Source: Vermamoeba vermiformis
Taxonomy: Eukaryota
Length of the DNA: 64,000 bases
Direction: 5' to 3'
Assembly (NCBI GenBank): GCA_045837725.1
Contig: JBEWZL010000216.1
Location: forward strand, 186,001-250,000
Numbering within the stretch: the stretch's first letter is position 1; every line of letters begins with the position of its first letter. The notes under the pieces were generated by a model. It had not been told where the DNA came from. It saw only the letters and a list, made by a program, of their open reading frames with translations, and did no database searches. This document shows positions 51,431 through 60,752 of this stretch, one piece after another. Both the position numbers and the translations under genes were made by a program.

Positions 51431-53843
51431 ATGGTCACCGCTTCTCAAATTCAATCCACTTTATTCGAGAATATGAAAGTGTTCATCTCCGAACGCTTGC
51501 CTTACAAGCAGAAATCTCACTTAACGAAGCTCATCAAGGAACATAGCGGCAACATCATCTTTATGTTCTCACCAGCGAACTGCACTCACGTAGTTGAAGT
51601 CGAAGGCTCGCTGAGTGCATCGAGATTGGAAAAATTAGAGTCTTTTTCGAAGAAAAGCAAGACGCAGGCTCCTGTTGCGTTACCATTCGTTATCAAAGGT
51701 AAGCCAAAAGACCAAACCCTAACCCTAATTTTCGCCACATCCGGGGCTGCTGTAGCTCAGTTGGTAGAGCGGAAAACTTCTATTATCTGGTCGCGGGTTC
51801 AAGTCCCGCCAGCAGCGATTCTTTTAGTTCGCTTTAAATAACCCCAAAACAAAAGTTTTCTCACCCCAATTTCTGTTGCAGATGCGTATTTCCATGATTG
51901 CGTAGCGCAAAATCAACGACTGGCCGAAGAGAAATACCAGCTTTGGGCATTGGCCAAAGGAGTTTTGGCCACTTCAGCTGTCCAAGACATCAAAAAGTGC
52001 GTAGATTTTTGGATTATGTCTGTTTATGTATCAAACTTACAGATCCGGTTTACAGAGACGAAGAAATATTGCCTGCTATTGACCCTGAAGAGGATGGTAA
52101 TATTGTGATCGATCTCGCAGAAGGTGAATCGATTCCAAAGCTCTTTGTATGGAGTTACGGTCAAAAGCGTGAACCGAGTTTTCCGTCAAATTTCACGGTG
52201 ATCAAATACACAATGTTGCACGCCATGGACTTTGAGAATAATAACAATAAGTTCTATTACATGGAGATACAACAAGCACCGAGTGATTTTGAAGGCACGT
52301 TCAAGTACCGCGTGTTCACACATCACGGCAGAACTGACGAGCTGGAGGTCAAGTCCAAAAATATCGGTCAGAAGCAGTGTCGCTATTGTTTCAATGAGCG
52401 CGAGGCACAATTGATCTACTTGAGCATTCTCAAAGAGAAAACAAGCGAAGAAAAAGGCTACAAAACGATTCACTTGTTGTCAATCTCGAATAAGATCGGC
52501 CTTAGTAAGTTTTATTATGGAGTTAATAAGCAACTCAATAACTTTTTTTTCCTCGTAGAATCGATGGAGGTGTCAAGTGTCAAAGTGTCATCAATTGACA
52601 CCGCGCAAGAACAAAGCTCTAAGGCCGACTCGCAGTTGCCAAATCAAATTCAAACACTCGTTAAAGTCCTTTATGACGAGGCCAGTGACGCTTTGAAATC
52701 AGAGTTGCTCGCTCAAGTGACGAACAAAGGTCTCGAAACTCCGCTCGGTATCCTGGCCTTGAAACAGATCGAAAAAGGTACGCTCTAAACGACTCCTAAT
52801 GTATAATAATCTAAATTTCCTAATTAGGCGAGGAGACGTTGATGAAGTTGTACAAATTGTTCAAAGAAGGCAACTCCGACGAAAAGACCTTGTTCAAACT
52901 ATCGAGTCAATTCTATTCGTTGATTCCTCACCGCCTCGGAACAAAAAAGACAGACGTACAAAAGGCTTTGATTAATTCTATGGAATTATTCGCGGAAAAA
53001 CAAAACTTGTTGCAGCTCATGAAAGACATCATTAAAGTCCAACAGAAGCGTGGCAAACAGCTCGATACTAATAGAGGTATGTTATAATCGGCGTTCTTAA
53101 CAAACTCTAACTCTTTTTAGCGGAAATTGATCGCAAGTATGACGCGCTCGACTGCGACATTCAGCCCTTGGACCAGTCCTCATTCGAGTTTGCCGAGCTC
53201 AAGAACAAGCTGATTCAATCGAAGCCTCAGCATAAGGACGATGAAGCTCCTAATAAGTTTGAAGTTGTTAATATCTTCTCTGTGAATCGTTCGGAAGAAG
53301 AACAACAGTTCGCAAGAGAGGTAAGTGTCAAAGTGACAGTTTGACACGTGTCATTGACCCTCCTTTATCAGATGTCAAACCAAAAGTTGCTCGTTCACGG
53401 TTCTCGCGTCGCGAACTTTGTAGGCTTATTGTCCCGCGGTATATTGTTGCCTAAGATCGTGGTCAGCAGAGGTGAGATCCTATCCAGATCCGGTTACAAA
53501 ATTTCACCAATAACCATTTATTATAGGCATGTCCTCGCGCACAGATTTTGGCTACTTAGGCTCGGGCGTCTATTTTTCTGATAATCTCTATGCCAGTATC
53601 AAGTACGCGGCACCCTCCAAAAATGGCAATAGATTCGCTTTGATGACCCTCGTGTCTCTGGGCCGTGCAAAAGAATTCACTAAGATCACTCCTAATTTGG
53701 AAAGAGCTCCTGAAGGCTTTGACAGTTGCATTGGTCTCGCACATAGTTCGCAAAAATCATCGGATTTCATGAACAACGAGTACGTGGTCTACAACGCGTC
53801 GCAGTATAAGAACCAGTATCTTGTAGAGTTTAGATTGATTTAA
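51431..53843 (+). CDS. PARP with BRCT, WGR-like, regulatory and catalytic domains; vault-PARP (PARP4)-like but without VIT/vWA
   Basis: BRCT LFENMKVFISERLPYKQK..CTHVV; WGR-like NNNKFYYMEI..HHGRT; regulatory LSSQFYSLIPH; catalytic HGS..LLSRGILLPK..RTDFGYLGSGVYFSD..SIKY..NEYVVY with the H-Y-E triad intact; stop at 53843. Confidence 0.9.
51746..51817 (+). tRNA. Intronic tRNA-like gene or pseudo-tRNA (nominal anticodon TCT; degenerate anticodon stem)
   Basis: Acceptor stem GCTGCTG/CAGCAGC, D arm GCTC-AGTTGGTA-GAGC, T arm GCGGG-TTCAAGT-CCCGC, TTTT shortly after. The anticodon stem GAAAA/TATCT has 2 mismatches. Lies within intron 51699-51881. Confidence 0.75.
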
Positions 53844-54152
53844 TTAATGAACCCATTTATTAAGTAACGCATCAATTCTTCGTTTTCACGTGACAGCGAG
53901 ATCAAAGGAAAAAGATAATTTTGCGATATTTCTCAGTTCGCCACAACAAAAGAAAATATTATATAACACATAACTTAAGAATTATTTTAAATACACGTTC
54001 CGCAGTATTGATTCGAACCTTAAGGTACGTCCAGCCTTGATACAGATCCTTCTCGGTTAAACATTCTCAATAGTAAAATAACACTTTAAGTTTATTACCT
54101 AATAATTTTTAAAGAAATTTTTGGCATTAAATCATATTAACATAGCACAGAA

Positions 54153-55574
54153 ATGTGGACTTTTCAACTTGGTCACGGATGGGGAGGTCTGCCGCCAACC
54201 AACGTTCACTCATTTGAAATTGCCGAAATTATAGGAGAATATGGAGAATATTTTAAGATAGAATTTGATGCGCGCCATTGGACCGATAAATTATCATTGA
54301 GGCTTGAAGATTCATCTGGATGTCGCCACAACCTGCCTCATTTCTTCAAAGCAGGCGAGCTAAAGACCTTCAATATTATAGTCGATGGGTCTGCAGGAAT
54401 CAGCGAATACTTTTTCACTTGTTCCCTGCACATCTGGCCAAAGGAATTTCCAACACCGATCGCAAAATTCAAATCGCTTTCTACGGTCCAAATAATGCCA
54501 CCAGAATTACGGAAATTTAGCGACACAAGAAAATATACACAGAGTACCCCTAGGCTAAGAACTAGACGAAAAGGCGAAGAAGAATGGAAAGACAGCATTT
54601 TTATGATTTCGTTTACCGGATCCGACGAGATTATCGAAGCGCAGTTCTATGCTACACTTGAAAATGGCAGAATAATTAATAGTCCAATTCTAGAAGTCAG
54701 TTCAATGTGCCGCGAGTTTGATTTTGAAAAAGAATGTCAGATCGACCTCGAAGAAATGAATTTACATCGAAGATTCAATCTTATATTCGACAAAGAGAAA
54801 TTTTATAAGACAGATGTGCTATTCTTATTGAAGAAACTAGAACCTACATATTCAGATGATAATAAGGAAGTTATACTAGGCGGGAGCGGGATCGACTGCG
54901 ATATTATTAAAATTGAGAAAAAACAATTAATCCCTGGAGCCCGTTACGAATTAAAATTGGACGTTAAGACCCTTAGTATATCATATATTAGAATATTTGA
55001 AGTGCCCAGTGATCACCCAATTGACAACGCACTTTGGACAGCCCTCTTTGGATCAGCAGATCGCGTCACTTTTACTCGAAAAGAAGCACAAAAACATCGC
55101 GCAATTACGAGTTTTATTGCACCGATAGGCAGTCTGACAGAAGTTAACATCGAAATAAGCCATATAACGCTATACAAACATGGATTTTATTCCTACAAGA
55201 AGACCTTTCAAGCGTACAAAGAAGCATATCCTGCGCGGGAAAAATCAGATTTTAGCGGCGTTTTTTCGCTATTAGGAACTGATACAACGAATGTACGAAT
55301 CAATTTAACAAAATTATTCAAGGAAAAAGTATCAACTAAGCCAACTATCGAATTATCGCCAGTGGATCTGGCTTACCAAGAAACAAATTCAGCGGCGCTT
55401 TTATTCCCAGAATTATTACGCACGATAGTGCCATATGACAGCGAGAATAAAAAACGGAGCTGCAGACTTGTTTGTAAAAGTTGGTGTTTGGCTCTGGATC
55501 CGACAGCGATTTCAGGTACTGTGACAGCTGAAGCGATAGAGTTATTTAATGTTGTACATAGTCGCGATAAATAA
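54153..55574 (+). CDS. Uncharacterised beta-rich protein with a C-terminal F-box-like motif, paralogue 1
   Basis: 473-aa single-exon ORF; LLFPELLRTIVPY...CRLVCKSW near the C-terminus; collinear with the next gene. Confidence 0.8.
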   Translation: MWTFQLGHGWGGLPPTNVHSFEIAEIIGEYGEYFKIEFDARHWTDKLSLRLEDSSGCRHNLPHFFKAGELKTFNIIVDGSAGISEYFFTCSLHIWPKEFPTPIAKFKSLSTVQIMPPELRKFSDTRKYTQSTPRLRTRRKGEEEWKDSIFMISFTGSDEIIEAQFYATLENGRIINSPILEVSSMCREFDFEKECQIDLEEMNLHRRFNLIFDKEKFYKTDVLFLLKKLEPTYSDDNKEVILGGSGIDCDIIKIEKKQLIPGARYELKLDVKTLSISYIRIFEVPSDHPIDNALWTALFGSADRVTFTRKEAQKHRAITSFIAPIGSLTEVNIEISHITLYKHGFYSYKKTFQAYKEAYPAREKSDFSGVFSLLGTDTTNVRINLTKLFKEKVSTKPTIELSPVDLAYQETNSAALLFPELLRTIVPYDSENKKRSCRLVCKSWCLALDPTAISGTVTAEAIELFNVVHSRDK

Positions 55575-55859
55575 ATAGCAAGGCTATAAAGTCTTAAAAC
55601 ATAAAATTTCAAAAACCGTGTAGATCTCAAACTTGTTGTCGTCTATTGACATTTTTGAATCCAACGCAATTAATTAATTAATGACCAACACAAACACAAC
55701 ATATATATTATAATTTGAGGACCTGCACATTAATCAAGGCTATAAAGTAAGTAGAAGGCCTTCCTGAGATTGGAATACTCGAGTCTTTTTCTGAAATTAA
55801 AAAGAGCGCTAAATTCACCAATAATAATAATAGTAAAATTAATTATTTTAATATTAGTC

Positions 55860-57254
55860 ATGTGGTCATATCGTTTGGGCGCCGGATCGGGACGAAAAGA
55901 CAACAGCACCCACTTCTTTGAAATAACCAAACACATATTAAATGTTGGAGAGTATTATATGATAAAATTTGAAGTTACGAGTCGTGGAAAAGATAGATTG
56001 TCTTGCAAATTAAAAGACGGAGATGGATGTCAACACGATCTGCCTTATTTGTTCAAAAAGGGCCAGCTCGATCAATTTTATATAATCGTAGATGGCGCTA
56101 CAACAGATTATTCGTTCAAATATACAATGGATATTTGGCCAAAAACGCTTCCTGCACCGATCGCAAAATACTGCTCGATCTCAACTGTCCACATTACATC
56201 ACAGTATTCCGGGCAATTAACCACGCCACCTTCTTTCAGATATAGGAAAAAAGGAGAAGAAGATTGGATCTCAACGAACATACCACGGATAACGTTTGAC
56301 GGATGTGACGAAATCTACGAAGCCCAGTTGTTTTACCAGCTACGAAGTGACATTATAGTAGAAAGTCCACTATTAAATGTCGAATGCATGTGGCGCCATT
56401 TTGATATTGAAAAAGAAAGCCAGATCGACCTTGACAAATGGATTTGCAACCAAAGAATTGACATTACCGTAAATTCTGATAGCTTGTATCAAACAAGATA
56501 TGTTGCAACTGTTCGTATGATACATCCATTGGACCATGAAGATTATAACAAAGAAACAAAGATTTTTTCGTTTACGGATGTAGAGGCGGTATCAACCCGT
56601 ACTCCAGTCAAAATGGTCCCTGGAGCAAGTTACGAATTCAAATTGAGCATATTAAGGCCACAAGTATCATTTTGTAGAGTTATTGATGTTCCTTGTTATG
56701 CACCAATAGAAGAAAATTTATGGACAACTCTTTTCGGGGACACGGATCACGTTGCTTTTCAACGAAGAGACTCGCAGTGGATAGAGGGCCCGATCAATTG
56801 GGTATCAGGAGACGCAGAGATGAAAGAGACTAATATAAAAACGAAGATATTGGCTCTATACAAACACGGCACTTATTTGTTCCACTCGACCTTTAAGAGT
56901 TACGTCAACAGCCTTGCGAAAGAATTGTCGTATTTTACTGGCAGTTTTAAGTTGTACAGAATAGACGATACAAAAGCTCGTATTGAATTAACCAAGTCAT
57001 TCCAACAAATACTCCCCTTCAAGCCACCATCACCAATTTTATCGGAGGCAGATCCGACGTTCCAAGCACAAGTCCCATCCGCACTTCTATTACCAGAACT
57101 TATCCAACACATAGCTAATTTTGTAGATTATAACCAGAAGTTGACTAATAGACGCGTGTGCAAGTACTGGTATTCCGTTTTTCAACCAACCATTGTCGGT
57201 ACATTGACCTCAAAGTCAATGCAATTGTTAGATCAAACTTGGACGAAAAAATAA
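55860..57254 (+). CDS. Uncharacterised beta-rich protein with a C-terminal F-box-like motif, paralogue 2
   Basis: ATG at 55860 (MWSYRLG) aligns with MWTFQLG of paralogue 1; LLLPELIQHIANF...RRVCKYW near the C-terminus. Confidence 0.8.
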   Translation: MWSYRLGAGSGRKDNSTHFFEITKHILNVGEYYMIKFEVTSRGKDRLSCKLKDGDGCQHDLPYLFKKGQLDQFYIIVDGATTDYSFKYTMDIWPKTLPAPIAKYCSISTVHITSQYSGQLTTPPSFRYRKKGEEDWISTNIPRITFDGCDEIYEAQLFYQLRSDIIVESPLLNVECMWRHFDIEKESQIDLDKWICNQRIDITVNSDSLYQTRYVATVRMIHPLDHEDYNKETKIFSFTDVEAVSTRTPVKMVPGASYEFKLSILRPQVSFCRVIDVPCYAPIEENLWTTLFGDTDHVAFQRRDSQWIEGPINWVSGDAEMKETNIKTKILALYKHGTYLFHSTFKSYVNSLAKELSYFTGSFKLYRIDDTKARIELTKSFQQILPFKPPSPILSEADPTFQAQVPSALLLPELIQHIANFVDYNQKLTNRRVCKYWYSVFQPTIVGTLTSKSMQLLDQTWTKK

Positions 57255-57494
57255 GCTCGTACTTGGCTGGAGAACTAACATCCGATGCTACATTGTGAAG
57301 TCACAGTCGCAATGCCTTTATTAGGATGACGAATAAAGTCCATTCATATAAAGTCCTTTCTCAGAATAGATTCTTCTAGCGTCAATTTCTGGCTTGTAAT
57401 TTCATCGGTTGGTGTCTAATTCTTTTTTCACTCTTCTTCTTCGAAATTTCCGCTCGGCAAATCACGTGATTTTGTACCAGCTCGAGCTAAGAGC

Positions 57495-59489
57495 CTACAA
57501 CTGCAATATTTGCAGCTTAGGCAGCTTTGATTTGATTGCGTGATTATCTAACTGATTCTTGTCTTCGATCGGATTGTTCGTCAAAACCAATATTCTGAGC
57601 GATGTAAATTTGGTAGCTTCAATAGTCGAAGAAATACTATTACTGTCCATTTCTAATGATAATAAGTTCGACATCGATGATATCGATCTCCATAGTTCAT
57701 TTGTAACGCTATTTTTGGCGCCGAACAATTTTTCCAAATTAGGAAGGTCCAGATGCGACGGTAATTTTGATATTTTGTTATCGCTGAATGATAATTGCAC
57801 CAAATTCGTTAATTTGTTGATATTTGAATCGATCTCCGTCAAATTATTGCTCGATACATTCAACGAGCGTAAGTTGACCAGCGTGAACACCGCATTTGGC
57901 ACCATTTCAAGTTTGTTACAGCTCAAATCTAAGAACTGTAATAACCTAAAGTCTATATTAGGCAAGTCCTTCAATCGATTTTGAGTCAAAGTGAGTGATT
58001 CAAGGTGTGTCTGTTTGAGCAAAAGTTGCGGAATTTCATCCAGTTGATAGTTTTTCAAGCTGATCTGATTCTTTGGCCAGTAAGTCTGAATACCTCGCGC
58101 AACTATACAATCGCCATATGACTTCTCTAAAATTATTATAATCAGTACAAAATGAACAAGATAAAGTTTTGAAGTTGTTTGGCCGGATTTGTCAAAAAAC
58201 GTACCGTTCATAAAGTCCCAAGCTAAGCGTGGAACGGGAGGTCCTTCGGGCTCGGATATTTTTTGAAACAGCTCCTCGTTCAATTTGTTCAATTGTGGGA
58301 GACGCTGTAAGTTGACCAGATTCGTCAACATCTCGCAGATCAACTCGTCCAAGTCACGCGATTTCGTGTTTATCTTCTCGATCTTTTGAAATACTTCTTT
58401 GAGTGAATGACTAAGTGATTGAAGTGCTTCGAGTTGATCCGCTTCGTTTGACGCAGATCCGGATGTAGATCCGATACTTGACGGAGAGAAAACTAACTTT
58501 AACGCCTCTTCTTGATGCTCTTTCATGAATCCCAAGAATATGGATTCAGTGAAAAAGTCTGCAAATGATTTTTGAGTCGTAAAGCATTCAATGAACTGCG
58601 ATACAATCTTCGGAAGTCCAACCGAGAAACTCGAATCAGCAATCGAAATTTCGATCTTTGCAGGTGAAATACTTTCTATAAATAGTGCTATCCAATGATT
58701 AGGACCTCCAGAGACTATAAAGGCATGAAATTTCTTCGTGCCAGCTTTCAACTGTTGGATCGTGCTTGAGATCTCATTTACTCTATCAACTTCCATCAAA
58801 TTGCTATGTAAATATGATAATTCTGGCATAAACGTAATATGCGGCGTTATTTTTTCAAAGTCAGAATGATTTTTGATCAAATATTCGCCATAGCAAGTCT
58901 CCATCACGTGCGAACTGATTTCAGCTTCTGTCCTAAACATAATATTAACCAAAATACTATACTACTATTAATTTTATATACTACACCAGAGATAATCGTT
59001 CATAAAATCAACTTGAGCTTGTTCTGGAGCGTTCTGCAGCAAAAATTTATACCAACGATGAAAATCTTGCCAGTAATAGTCTTCATCTATTAAAATATTA
59101 TAATTCGAAAATAATAATAAATAGAAATTAAATGCGACAAGCTTACCGTTGAAATTGACAGTGGAAGTCGGATTTAAGCTCCACTCAAGCCAGATCTTCG
59201 CATTATGAAGCGCGTGATACCCGCACATCGAGCTGCTAGCTTGAGGATAAACAGATAACACATTAATCTGTCAAAATAGGCATTAGTAAGCGAAGGAATG
59301 GCTCGGACAATAAATTGATTTTTTTTTTTGAATTGTCCTGCAATCAGATCGAGTTAAATAGCGTGGAATTAATACGCTACTAGTGATTTGGATTTTATTA
59401 ATTTGCTTTAAAATTTCAGGCTTGTCGTCTAGCAAGAAAACCGAATCTGATCGAGACATCAAGACACGCACCTTACTACTACGTTCCAT
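57495..59489 (-). CDS. Papain-fold (Josephin-like) cysteine peptidase domain fused to C-terminal LRRs
   Basis: Spliced MERSSK|INVLSVYPQASSSMCGYHALHN...NHWIAL...IADSS, then typical LRRs (LQFLDLSCNKL, LRSLNVSSNNL). The LRR call is strong; the peptidase call is a motif-level inference. Confidence 0.75.
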
Positions 59490-60752
59490 CCTCTGATTTA
59501 CTTGTCGTTCACCATATTTAGTCAATTGAATTTGAAGCACAAGCGGCTAGCATTTGTGGTTGAATGGTGCTACGACTTATTCGTTTGCCAAAAACAACGA
59601 CGCAGTAACTTTTGCTACTTGGCAGTCTCAAGTACACCTTTTTCGATTTTGTCCATTTATTAGAACGGCGCCGTTCTTTACCGCAACACTGGATGTCGTA
59701 ACGACGATCTGCTACTTCGGTAAGATTAGGCTCGTAATGAAAACTACAATAGGAGAAACTTGAGTAAAGTTCAAGATAGGATTGATTTTACTCGTCGTTC
59801 TAGAATAGCCAGCCAGTACAGAAGTTAGTTGGCCGTTGTAGAGTACAATTAATTGTACTAAAAAGGAATATGAAGAAAGCACGTTGAAAATACGGGCATT
59901 AGTTTCGCCGGATAAGCACCGCTGATATTTGGCATGAGTCGACGAATCTTACGATTGTCATAGCAATAACTAGTAATGCAGTTCACATTTGTCGGCAAAT
60001 TGAGCGATAACATTGCCAAGGTTACTCTGAAGGAAAGAAAAAAGATCCGGTTGGAAAGGTTCACCGGTCGAAGAGGAGCGTAGAGAATAAATCATATCGC
60101 GTATTTATCATGAGAGCTAAGAAACAATTGTTTTAGTCGGGTTACTAAACTAGGCAAATTCCAATTCTCAGCGCGAATAAAATTTAACTGGGAATGTACC
60201 GTAGAATTCTGAAATAATATGAAATGCAAAAGGTATCTTCATTAATGTATAAGCTCGTTTATGTAGGTATTTGTAATGAAGAAGATCCGCAACCTTTAAA
60301 TCAAAATTAAGTTATAAAAATATACAACTGCAAAGTTTATCGCCGTCGAGCATCTCACTTTTATATGGCTTGATTATAAATTAATGCTGAATAATTCCTC
60401 GGAAAATAAAGTGCGGCTCTGTACATCTAACAAACTAAATCTGAGTGATCTTCTCAACAACTTACGCAATTTTAGTATCCCTTCCGAACTCGAACTGGGA
60501 GGGAGGGGGTCTTGGTCGGCGAGTTCTCGGTCTTTGTGTCGTTGTGTTGTAACTGGCGGTAACACCTTCTGCCTTCGTCGGGTCCAAGATGGTCAATATT
60601 AGCATTTAGTAGAATCTTTCGTCTTCTTCAGCGTAGAGGCAAAAACAAATATTAGTCAAAAAGTCAGCACGAGACAAACACCACGACAGGCACCGTGAAG
60701 TGCTACAGCTATAGTAATATAATTTTGTAAATAATATTAAAAGCTAAGAAGA

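Noticed and set aside
51898-51997. N-terminus of the 296-aa ORF (MRSAKSTTG...)
   Set aside because: It is an out-of-frame artefact; the real exon 2 reads DAYFHDCVAQNQRL in another frame.
55770-55859. N-terminal hydrophobic extension of the 494-aa ORF
   Set aside because: It has a TTG start and lies in an AT-rich 5' UTR intron; paralogue alignment places the start at ATG 55860.
57559-57984. Antisense ORFs over real genes (also 19908-20297, 52186-52473 and others)
   Set aside because: They are shadows of coding sequence on the opposite strand.
59860-60604. Possible small minus-strand spliced gene
   Set aside because: An ATG and donor exist near 60600/60466, but I could not build a consistent model or recognise a domain.
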